Below, in pieces: positions 25,855-34,224 of a stretch of 58,198 nt of DNA. The translations under genes and the position numbers were made by a program. The notes beneath the pieces are model-generated. The model worked only from the letters and a program-made list of their open reading frames with translations. It made no database searches and had not been told where the DNA came from. How positions within the stretch are numbered: position 1 is the stretch's first letter; each line of letters opens with the position of its first letter. The DNA is from a virus (lineage: Duplodnaviria > Caudoviricetes): positions 1-58,198 of the IMG/VR virus record IMGVR_UViG_3300010373_000052; one strand, 5' to 3'.

Positions 25855-26720
25855 GGGGTAACACTCCAGACAATCAGTCCCCACGTGCCGTCAGCCGGTC
25901 CGGTGACCGTGATAGCCCCGTTCGGGGAGTTGGGGCCGGGCGACGTGGCCATGGCCCAGGACACCGGCACGTGGTCGTAGCGTCCGACCACATCGGGGTT
26001 CTCCGTGAGGGCCGCCACGCTGACGATGTTCGCCGCGTTCACGGGAGAGGCGAACCAGCCGTGGCCCCCGGAGATGACAACTTCCACGGTCTGAGATTGC
26101 ACGTGGTCTCCTGGGTAGACGTTCGGGGGGGTCGGCGGGTCAGACGGCCACAGACCGTTCAGGTTCCACGCGCCGACGGGTGGGTTGATGACGTCGTCGA
26201 TGTCGCAGGTGGTTCCAGCAACCGTGGTCTGCTGCAGCCTCTGGCGCATGGCCACCCACGGAAGCTGCACGCCGTTGGTCCACGCGTTGGACTGCCAGCC
26301 GACGTCCACGATGCCCTGCACCGCGTTGAGGGTCTCGGTGCCGCCGTAGGCGCCGCCGAGGTAGCCGTCCTGGCGCACGGCGGTCGACGTCGCCCGGAAG
26401 TAACCCACGACGTTCGCCATCTCGTCGCTGGCGGGCTGGAAGTCGGCGGTGAAGTAGATGACCGAACCCTTGGGCTGGCCTAGCGCGCGAGCCCTGGTAA
26501 GGGCGGCCTGGGCGTCGATAACGCCCTGTCCCGCCCCGTTGGCGGCGGCGCGTGCCCCAACCTCCCAGATGGAGAACAGCCCGGCGTTGGCCTCGGTGAC
26601 CTGTTGGACGTAGGCGGGCGAGGTGGCGTTCGCTCCGCCCAGGTACTGGCCGACGAGGGAGTACCCGGCCTGGACGCAGGAGGAAGGGTCCGGGTGACCG
26701 GCGGCGTCGACTCCTAGCAC
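25851..26720 (-). CDS. Endolysin, DUF1906 (GH25-like) glycoside hydrolase
   Basis: GVD, VGQYL, SIWE, G..DA..A...ARALGQP.G..IYFTAD, GAYG, WQ..AW, CDID. Confidence 0.85.
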   Translation of the reverse strand: MLGVDAAGHPDPSSCVQAGYSLVGQYLGGANATSPAYVQQVTEANAGLFSIWEVGARAAANGAGQGVIDAQAALTRARALGQPKGSVIYFTADFQPASDEMANVVGYFRATSTAVRQDGYLGGAYGGTETLNAVQGIVDVGWQSNAWTNGVQLPWVAMRQRLQQTTVAGTTCDIDDVINPPVGAWNLNGLWPSDPPTPPNVYPGDHVQSQTVEVVISGGHGWFASPVNAANIVSVAALTENPDVVGRYDHVPVSWAMATSPGPNSPNGAITVTGPADGTWGLIVWSVTP

Positions 26721-26772
26721 GGTGGACTCCCGACTCCTAGTAAACTATCCGAATACGGGAAGGACCCCAGCC

Positions 26773-27075
26773 ATGAAACGAGCAGTCGTCCTGGTGGTAA
26801 TCGGCCTAGCGCTGGTCGCGTTGGTGACCGTCGGCCTGGTGGTGACCACGGCGCGGAGCAGCGCCCCGAAGGCGCCGTACCCCGGCAAGTCCGCGGTCCA
26901 CTTCACCCCGCCCAGTCCCTCGACTCCGACGCAGTCCGAGTCGTGTGTCGTGACGGTCACGTCGGGTGGTCGGACGGCGACGTTCTCACCCGGCCCCGCA
27001 ACGAACGGATCGTGCGCGGCCTACGCCAGCCAGTACCCGAGCGTCACGGTTGGGACGTTCACCGCACCCGGCTAG
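26773..27075 (+). CDS. Small membrane-anchored protein, antisense to late operon
   Basis: AGGA RBS, N-terminal TM, Cys pair; stop overlaps neighbour's stop in CTAG. Confidence 0.65.
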   Translation: MKRAVVLVVIGLALVALVTVGLVVTTARSSAPKAPYPGKSAVHFTPPSPSTPTQSESCVVTVTSGGRTATFSPGPATNGSCAAYASQYPSVTVGTFTAPG

Positions 27076-27497
27076 AACCCCACTGCGATCCAGTTAATGT
27101 TCACGGTTCCACTGACGTATCCCGAGTAGGTGCTCGACGAGCCCTGGTGGAAGACCTGTACCTCGAACGAGGTGGTCGCCAGACTCGACAGCAAGACGCA
27201 CACCTCGATGCCGGGCTGCGTTCCCGAGTTGTTGTCGCCACCGCAGGCAACGACGGTGAGGACGCCGTTGGGGAAGACGGATGGAAACGAGATCGTCGCG
27301 ATACCACTGACGTTGGTGGTCGTGACGTTGAACCCGGCTTGTATCAAGAAGCTGGGCGCCGACACAGCGGGCGTTGTCCCGATCAATGCGGCGGTGGCCC
27401 CGTAGATCCCGGACTGGGTGTTCAGCGGGACGAGGGTGTTCCAGTCCGCTGCGGGGAGGACGTCCCCGGATGAGTGCGTGGGAATGGTCGAGGCCAA
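27072..27497 (-). CDS. Tail fibre/receptor-binding protein (gp53-like C-terminus)
   Basis: GDVLPAADWN, IQAG, ISFPSVFPN, INWIAVG. Confidence 0.75.
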   Translation of the reverse strand: MASTIPTHSSGDVLPAADWNTLVPLNTQSGIYGATAALIGTTPAVSAPSFLIQAGFNVTTTNVSGIATISFPSVFPNGVLTVVACGGDNNSGTQPGIEVCVLLSSLATTSFEVQVFHQGSSSTYSGYVSGTVNINWIAVGF

Positions 27498-27505
27498 GGG
27501 TCTCC

Positions 27506-29536
27506 CTATCCAAACAGAACGGCGGGGCCGTTCAGGGTGTCCGAACCGCTCTTGCCGAAAATGAAGGCGTTCTTCGCGATCTCTTGTGGAGACAACTTCC
27601 AGGTCGTCCGCCACACGCCGGTCGCGCTGTCGAACGAGTGGGCGATGTGCTCGATGACCGAATCTTGGGCGAACTGGGTCTCGCCCGGCCCTTGGCGCTG
27701 AATGGTCACGCGGTCGAGTAGGTTCCGGCCGAGCATCTGCGGGAGGTTCGCCCCACTGTTGGCCGTACTCGCCAACGTGATGGAATCAACGCGTAGCAAG
27801 GGCGACCCGTACAGGCACAGGAGCAGCTCGGCCGTGTTGAGCGCCTGCGCGTCGGTTTGGCACATCAGACTGGTGCGCTGGAGCGTCGACCACCCGTACG
27901 CCGTGGTTGACGTGGAGCTCGTCGCCTCTTGCAGGATGCCGTTCGTGCGCTGGGCGGTGACGTCGGACCAGAGGTCGAGGTCGTCTTGTGGGATGTTCAG
28001 CGCCTGTATTTGGAAGTGCAGCGACGTGCCGGTGTTGTCGCCGAACGTGCCCTGACTGGTCGTGGACGTGGCGTTGGTGTAGCAGTAGAACCGGTTGGAG
28101 AACGAGAACGTGCCGTCCGACTTCTGGTAGAACAGACCGACCTCGGTGTCGTTGGCGTACATGATGAAGTCGAGCGCCGTGGTGAGGGTCGTGGACTGGG
28201 CCTCGGGTTGGCACGGTTGGCTGCCCGCCTGGAGGCCGGTGTAGGTCCACGACGGCCACCCGGCAACGTCGAGCGCCTCGGTGATCTTGTCGGACGTGAG
28301 ATTGCTGTTCCGTAGCAACCGACCGACCGTGAAGTTGTTGGTTATCGCCGTGCTCGAAAGCACCGATTGGTAGATGGCGATCTCATCGATGACGCCATCG
28401 AATGTCGCCGCGGAGCCCGCAGGAAAACTCGGCCCGTTGTAAACGATTCCCCCGATCGTGAGAGGTGCGTTGTGGGTCTCACCCCAATACTCGCCAGCCC
28501 ACGCGCCCTGTGCGACCGAATCGAGGTAGAGGGTCCAGGTGGATGTGGAGCCCGCAGGAGGACCAGCGGTTACAACCACATGGTGCCATTGACCGTCGTT
28601 GACGTATCCGCCGGTGACCTGGGCAAGGAATGGGGTGGCTGACGTCCAGGGCGGTGGTTGTGCGATGCCGTCAGCCAAGGCGAGCCGTCCATTGACGTCC
28701 ACGATGAGACAGACGGCCGAGGGATCGAAGGAACCGCCGCCAGTGGCATACCAGGTGAAAATCTGCTGGGTGTGCGCGGTCGTCATGATCCACGCCTCGA
28801 ACGTCCACGCCGAGGTGTCCGGGTTGGGCGGCGAGATGGACGTCAGCCACCCGGTCCCCGTCGTCCCGTTGCCAAAGTTCCACGCCGAGCTGGGGTCGTA
28901 GACCATGGCCCCCGCGACGTCGTACTGCACGGTTCCCGAAAGCGCAGCTGGCCCCGTGGCTTCGGTTGCGCTAGCGGCGTGGTTGCCGCTGGTCTCGTTG
29001 AGTCGGTAATACGCGACGGGGTTGAGGGCGAGGACGGTGTTGGGGTACAGCGTGGAGTTGACCAGGTACTTGAGGCCGAGCAGTTTGAGCGCATCGGTGG
29101 CCTGAAGCGTGCAGTCCTGGTTGAGCACGTCGGTCGGCGTGACGGTCCAGTTGTCGACGAACCCGTAGAACACGTTGTACGTCGTGCCGCTCCACGTGGC
29201 CTGGATGCGAACGGGTTTGCGGGGAACGAGACCCTGCCCAGGCGTCGAGGAGTAGTAGGGGCTCGAGGTGTTCCACGGGCTGAACTGTCCGCCCCGGTTG
29301 TCGAGGGTGATCTGCGCCGTGGAGGCTTCCACCCGGTCGAGCTGGTGCTGGCGTCCCATGGTGGTCCGAAACGCACGCACGAACGCGGTGATGTCCGTCC
29401 AGACGATCGTCTCGTCCGCCCAGTTGTTGGTGAACCCCACCTGGACGGAAAGGGTCGGCAGGCTCGGAAGGACGGACGCCCCGCCGTCGTACAGTGCCGC
29501 GCTGTCATAGGGGACCGACGAGTCATAGATGACCAT
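27506..29536 (-). CDS. Minor tail (hub-like) protein with LamG/ConA domain
   Basis: ITLDNRGGQFSP, PVAYYRLNE, WTFEAW, DGQWHHVV, FDGVIDEIAIY. Confidence 0.85.
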   Translation of the reverse strand: MVIYDSSVPYDSAALYDGGASVLPSLPTLSVQVGFTNNWADETIVWTDITAFVRAFRTTMGRQHQLDRVEASTAQITLDNRGGQFSPWNTSSPYYSSTPGQGLVPRKPVRIQATWSGTTYNVFYGFVDNWTVTPTDVLNQDCTLQATDALKLLGLKYLVNSTLYPNTVLALNPVAYYRLNETSGNHAASATEATGPAALSGTVQYDVAGAMVYDPSSAWNFGNGTTGTGWLTSISPPNPDTSAWTFEAWIMTTAHTQQIFTWYATGGGSFDPSAVCLIVDVNGRLALADGIAQPPPWTSATPFLAQVTGGYVNDGQWHHVVVTAGPPAGSTSTWTLYLDSVAQGAWAGEYWGETHNAPLTIGGIVYNGPSFPAGSAATFDGVIDEIAIYQSVLSSTAITNNFTVGRLLRNSNLTSDKITEALDVAGWPSWTYTGLQAGSQPCQPEAQSTTLTTALDFIMYANDTEVGLFYQKSDGTFSFSNRFYCYTNATSTTSQGTFGDNTGTSLHFQIQALNIPQDDLDLWSDVTAQRTNGILQEATSSTSTTAYGWSTLQRTSLMCQTDAQALNTAELLLCLYGSPLLRVDSITLASTANSGANLPQMLGRNLLDRVTIQRQGPGETQFAQDSVIEHIAHSFDSATGVWRTTWKLSPQEIAKNAFIFGKSGSDTLNGPAVLFG

Positions 29537-29538
29537 GC

Positions 29539-31158
29539 TCAACGCTGATAAACCTGCACTTCCGCGACGTTCATGACCATGTCGACGTTGGTACTCGGCG
29601 ACGCGCTAAAGGTGCCCGACGCGATCGACCCGTTCATGATGAGGAAGTACGGCCCGTTCCCGCTACCGAGGCTGGCCGTGCCACGCAACACGTTGTCGAG
29701 GTAGATGTTGACCGTGTTCGTCGAGCCGATGATCTCCATCCCGTAGATGTGGTAACCGGCAGAGAGGTCCGAGCTGGCCAGGTAGTTCTCGATGTCGACC
29801 TGCGGCGACTGAAGGTGGCTGCAGAGGTAGTTCGGGCTCTGGCCCGCTATCCCGGTCTCTTGCAGGTCGATCTCTCGGGAGCCGTTGCCCTGCCCGAGAA
29901 ACCAGAGCGCATTCCAGGTCCCGTTGTTCGAGCCGTTGTAGCCCATCATCTGTGCATTGATCTGCACGTAGCAGTCGGTGTGCGGGCTGACGGGGAAGCT
30001 CACATGGTTGTAGGTGTTGATCGCGCCCGAGGACCACGAGAAGGACTGCGTGCCGTACACGTCGTTGACCGTGTAGTGGCCCTGGTAGTGGCCCTGAATG
30101 GACAGGCCCGAACCGGAGGAGTCGAACGTCTGCGGCGTGTAGGTGCCGAACAGCGACGAATCCGCGCCGTGGGTCGTTTGGAACACGTTGCCGGGGAAGT
30201 CGTAATCCAGGTTGCCGGTGTTGCTGGATCCGGTTTCGGAACTGCCCCAGTTCGGAGACGAGCCCGACGCGGCCCACGGCGTGTAACCCCCACCGGAGCC
30301 CGACGCGTTGTTGTCGGTGATCCCGAAGTTCCACGACGAGCCCGCCGCGCCCGGCACGATGGTGAACTGGTCCTCGAACGTCTTGTTGCCACTGGTCCAC
30401 GTCGAACCCGAGTAGGACGGCGCGCTCATGGTCCCGCTACCGCCGCCCCCGCCTCCTCCACCGCTCCCGCCACCCGATGCCGACTTGAACGCGACCGCTT
30501 GGGAGTACCAGGCACCCGACGGGGCGGTGTACGTCTCAGCGGTGTAGGAGTTCGCCGAGCCGAGGGCGATCCACGATTGGAAGTTCCCCGGTCCCTGGCC
30601 GATGGGGTTGTAGCTGTCGGTGAAGCCGTGGTCGTTGACCGCGCTGACCGCGCCGCCCTGGATCCACGTCTGGGTCGTCACCGCTTCACCTGCGGAGGCC
30701 AGGGTCATCGACGGGATCGTGGGAGTCGTGCTGGTGGCCGTGGACGTGTTCTGCGTGTCGACGCCCGAGCTGCCCTCGACGTCGAACACGTAGACCTGAG
30801 CGAAGGCATAGCCGGCCGAGGGCGTGCAGGTCAGGGTGCCGTTCGACGGCGTGGTCGTGACCTCTCCGGTCCACGTCTGCATGAGGGCGCCCGACGGCGC
30901 CGAGTCGACGGTCTTGGTCCACGCGCCAGTGCCCGTGGCCGGAACGCCCAACCCTGACAGGGACACCGTGCCGGTAAACGAGGTGATGAACACCGGGACA
31001 GAGATCCAGTCGCCGATGGACGGGACCGTCGTGAGGGTGACGATGATGGCACCGGATGTCGAGTTCTGTGCCTGCGCTGGCGTCTGGCGAAACGACGCGG
31101 GTACGAGGACGCCGCCGCCACTCTGATAGAGCAGCATTTCCGCCGCGCGTGGGGTCAT
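29539..31158 (-). CDS. Virion protein with C-terminal GH16 domain
   Basis: WNALWFLG...EIDLQE catalytic ExDxxE; YHIYGME; M.VAEVQVYQ. Confidence 0.8.
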   Translation of the reverse strand: MTPRAAEMLLYQSGGGVLVPASFRQTPAQAQNSTSGAIIVTLTTVPSIGDWISVPVFITSFTGTVSLSGLGVPATGTGAWTKTVDSAPSGALMQTWTGEVTTTPSNGTLTCTPSAGYAFAQVYVFDVEGSSGVDTQNTSTATSTTPTIPSMTLASAGEAVTTQTWIQGGAVSAVNDHGFTDSYNPIGQGPGNFQSWIALGSANSYTAETYTAPSGAWYSQAVAFKSASGGGSGGGGGGGGSGTMSAPSYSGSTWTSGNKTFEDQFTIVPGAAGSSWNFGITDNNASGSGGGYTPWAASGSSPNWGSSETGSSNTGNLDYDFPGNVFQTTHGADSSLFGTYTPQTFDSSGSGLSIQGHYQGHYTVNDVYGTQSFSWSSGAINTYNHVSFPVSPHTDCYVQINAQMMGYNGSNNGTWNALWFLGQGNGSREIDLQETGIAGQSPNYLCSHLQSPQVDIENYLASSDLSAGYHIYGMEIIGSTNTVNIYLDNVLRGTASLGSGNGPYFLIMNGSIASGTFSASPSTNVDMVMNVAEVQVYQR

Positions 31159-31670
31159 CGGTAGCCGAGCCCTGCCAGGTTCCCGAACCAGGTGGCGCCG
31201 TCAGCGCAGAGAAACGTCGTCAGGTCCCGGTAACCAGCCGTGGCCGACAGAGTCGGAGCGGCGCCGCTGGCCCACTTCACCGTGCTCGGCCACGCCACGG
31301 TGCGAGAGCCCGTGCCGTCTTGGATCAGTTCGAGAACGAATGACGTGCCAGCCAGCGGGGCGGGAAAGGTGAGGGTGCAGTTGCCGGTGAGCGTGACGCG
31401 GTTGATGGTGGCCGTCGTGACGGCTGGAATGGTCACCGCAGTACCCGACGACGACACGGTGTTCACGTTCTCCTGAAGGAGCGCGGCCCGTGAGATCTTG
31501 TAGTCGAGCGACGTGGAGACCGACGAACTGTTCACCCCCACCTTGGCTTCCAAGGCGGCGATGGCGTCGTTGGCGTTAGTGTGCTGGCCAGCGTGGCTGA
31601 CCGAGTTGGTCGCTTCGGTCCCCGTCGGATCGGTGAACGTGTCGAGCGAAGTCGGAAAGTTCGTAGACAC
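31155..31670 (-). CDS. Tail-fibre anchor-like protein, paralogous to N-terminus of 31680..34004
   Basis: Both begin (M)STNFPTSLDTFTDP and share QD.TGSRT..WP.TVKW..G.APTLS. Confidence 0.8.
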   Translation of the reverse strand: MSTNFPTSLDTFTDPTGTEATNSVSHAGQHTNANDAIAALEAKVGVNSSSVSTSLDYKISRAALLQENVNTVSSSGTAVTIPAVTTATINRVTLTGNCTLTFPAPLAGTSFVLELIQDGTGSRTVAWPSTVKWASGAAPTLSATAGYRDLTTFLCADGATWFGNLAGLGYR

Positions 31671-31679
31671 TGAGTCCCT

Positions 31680-34004
31680 TTATGACGCCGAGAAGATGGC
31701 GCCGACGGCGTTGTAGGCGGCGCCGGTTACCTGGCTGATCGACGGTGTGTACCCGGTCGAGAGCGCCAGGGCGAGGTTGTAGCAGTACTCGCCGAAATCC
31801 CCACCACCCGATGCGAAGTTGGCGAACGTGAACCCGGCCGTCCCCCCCGTGGGCGTGCTACCCCCGAAGCCCGCGACACCGAAGTAGCAGTAACCGGTCG
31901 AACTGCTCGACCCCGAGCTGAGGTTCGGCCAGGTGATCGTGGCCGAACTGGCACTGTTCGTGGTGCTGTCGGTGGACAACGCCCACGTCACCGATTTGCT
32001 CGGCGTGACCTCGAACACCGCGACGTTGCCGTCGTGCGACGAGCCGCCCGTCGCCCAGGTGAGGGTTGCCGAGACCGAGCCCGTGCTGGTGGAGACGCCG
32101 TACCACAGGGAGGCGACGAATCCCTGGCCGTTGTTCTCGAAGGTGACCTGGTGCCACGTCGTCACACCCCCGCCGCTGACGGCGCTGATGTGCTGGTCGA
32201 GGTTCTCTTCGCCCGCGATGACGATGAGGTCACCGATCTGTTGAACGGTGTAGGACACCGAGGTCGGGGCGGGGTTCGTACCACTGACCACCGGAAACCC
32301 TGTGGCCATCGTGAACGTCGGCGCACTCCCGCCGCCGCCGCCGCTCCCGCCATCGACCGGCGTGTAGTTGACGCCGTTGTAGGACGAGTAGTTGATGGCG
32401 GTCGGGGCTGCCTGCTGGTACACCAAGAAGGTGTTGTCTTGCGACTTGGCCTGAATCGTCGGCGCTGCGGCGTCCCATTCGGCCTGGGTCCACTGTCCCT
32501 GACCGGCGTCGCTGTTGTCGGTGAGCCAGACGAATGGGGACAGGTAGACGTTCGTGTAACCGAACAGCGTCTGGAATGCCGCTTGCCCGGCCACCTCATC
32601 GCTCAGGGCGTCCGCCCACGGCGTCAGCGAGCCGTTGCCGTGGCTCCCGTATGGGCCGTAGGACGTCACGTTGATCGCGTCGTAGAACAGGGCATTGCCG
32701 CACACGACGGCGGCCGTGGTGTTCGACGCCAGCCCGGCGACGAAATACTGGAACACGAACCCGGACGCCGCGCCGTAGGTGCCGCTTTCGTTCGCGTCGT
32801 ACCAAGTCGCCCAGGTGTCGTAATACCCGCCCGCGATTTGGGCACCCGTCAACAGTGAGCAGTAGATCAGGCACTCACAGTCCGAACCGAAGCCGGAGAC
32901 GATGTTGGTCATCATCGACGCGCCGTCGGACTTGGCCTGCGTGTTCGTCTGGGCTTGGGTGTGGGTGTTGCCGCTGTAGTTCCACGACCAGTCGATGGCC
33001 CCGTCGCCCTCGGTGTCGAAGGCCAACCCGTCGAAGCCCATCCACGCGGCGCCGGCCGCGATGTCGTGGCAGGTCGTTTCCCAGTCGGTCCAGCTCGAGG
33101 CGAACCAGTCCCCGGTACAGGGCGCGACCCGGTCGTTGTTGTTCTCGAGGTAGAACCCGAGGTAGACCTTCATCGGGTTGGGCGTGGCGTGGTGGGCGAA
33201 ATACGACTGGGCGGAGGTACTGCCGGATTGCCCCAACGCCTTCTGCTGGTTCCATTGCGTACCGGCTCCGGGCGAAGCTCCGTAGGCGTAGCCACCGCCC
33301 CATTCGCTCGTGCCGCTCGCGGCCGGACCCCACGGCAGACCGGCCGGTTGGCCACTTCCGCCCATGACCGCGATAACCCCGTCGAAACCCCACGACGAGA
33401 GGGTGTTCCAGTTCGCTTGCGTCATCGACGCGACCGCGTCGGCGCCTGACCACAAAATCGCCTTGGTGCTCGTGCCCCCGCTGCTTCCGCCGGACGTGCT
33501 CGGAGGCACGTGGTTCCCGAGCCAGGTGGACCCGTCTGTGCAAAGAAACGAGACCACGTCGGCGTGCCCCGGCGTGGTGGAAAGGGTCGGCGCGGTGCCG
33601 TTCGACCACTTCACGGTCGCGGGCCACGTCGCGGTGCGCGAGCCGGTGGAGTCCTGGGTCAACTGGATGGCGAAGCCCTTGCCCGCGGCGGCCGTGGGAA
33701 AGGTGAACGTGCAGTTACCGGTCAGGGTGACGCTGTTGAGCGTGGCGGTCGTCACGTCGGGAAGCGTGCAGGCCGTCCCCGACGACGCCACCGTGTTCAC
33801 GTTCTCGCGCAGCAGCGCCGCTTTGGTCGTCTTGTAGTCGAGGGTGGTGGTGACCGTCGACCCGTTGATACCGACCTTCGTCTCCAACGCCAATATCGCG
33901 TCGTTGATGTTGTCGTGTCCACCGGCATGGGACGGCGTGGAGGTGCCCGTGGTCCCACTCGGGTCGGTGAACGTGTCGAGCGATGTCGGGAAGTTGGTCG
34001 ACAA
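31680..34004 (-). CDS. Tail fibre/spike with central putative glycoside-hydrolase barrel
   Basis: Shared anchor domain; GFDGVI and GFDGLAFDTEG; Gly/Ser linkers; beta-rich C-domain. Confidence 0.7.
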   Translation of the reverse strand: MSTNFPTSLDTFTDPSGTTGTSTPSHAGGHDNINDAILALETKVGINGSTVTTTLDYKTTKAALLRENVNTVASSGTACTLPDVTTATLNSVTLTGNCTFTFPTAAAGKGFAIQLTQDSTGSRTATWPATVKWSNGTAPTLSTTPGHADVVSFLCTDGSTWLGNHVPPSTSGGSSGGTSTKAILWSGADAVASMTQANWNTLSSWGFDGVIAVMGGSGQPAGLPWGPAASGTSEWGGGYAYGASPGAGTQWNQQKALGQSGSTSAQSYFAHHATPNPMKVYLGFYLENNNDRVAPCTGDWFASSWTDWETTCHDIAAGAAWMGFDGLAFDTEGDGAIDWSWNYSGNTHTQAQTNTQAKSDGASMMTNIVSGFGSDCECLIYCSLLTGAQIAGGYYDTWATWYDANESGTYGAASGFVFQYFVAGLASNTTAAVVCGNALFYDAINVTSYGPYGSHGNGSLTPWADALSDEVAGQAAFQTLFGYTNVYLSPFVWLTDNSDAGQGQWTQAEWDAAAPTIQAKSQDNTFLVYQQAAPTAINYSSYNGVNYTPVDGGSGGGGGSAPTFTMATGFPVVSGTNPAPTSVSYTVQQIGDLIVIAGEENLDQHISAVSGGGVTTWHQVTFENNGQGFVASLWYGVSTSTGSVSATLTWATGGSSHDGNVAVFEVTPSKSVTWALSTDSTTNSASSATITWPNLSSGSSSSTGYCYFGVAGFGGSTPTGGTAGFTFANFASGGGDFGEYCYNLALALSTGYTPSISQVTGAAYNAVGAIFSAS

Positions 34005-34223
34005 CTACGGCCCAGTCCTTGGAGTAATGGTTCCGGTACTCGCCGTGGAGCGGGCCAGGGCAAGCATCTGGTCACGCAAGCCCGGCATGATGGCGTTGAC
34101 GAGCGCGTTTTGCAGCGTCGTGTTGTCGGCCAGCGCGGTGACCAGGTGCGGGATGAGTTTCTTTGCCAGCGCCGCGCCGTCGATGTCGAAGGTGACGCCG
34201 GACAGGTTCAGTTCGTCGCCCAC
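34005..34223 (-). CDS. Small protein after tape measure
   Basis: ORF fills the gap exactly. Confidence 0.55.
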   Translation of the reverse strand: MGDELNLSGVTFDIDGAALAKKLIPHLVTALADNTTLQNALVNAIMPGLRDQMLALARSTASTGTITPRTGP

Positions 34224-34224
34224 G

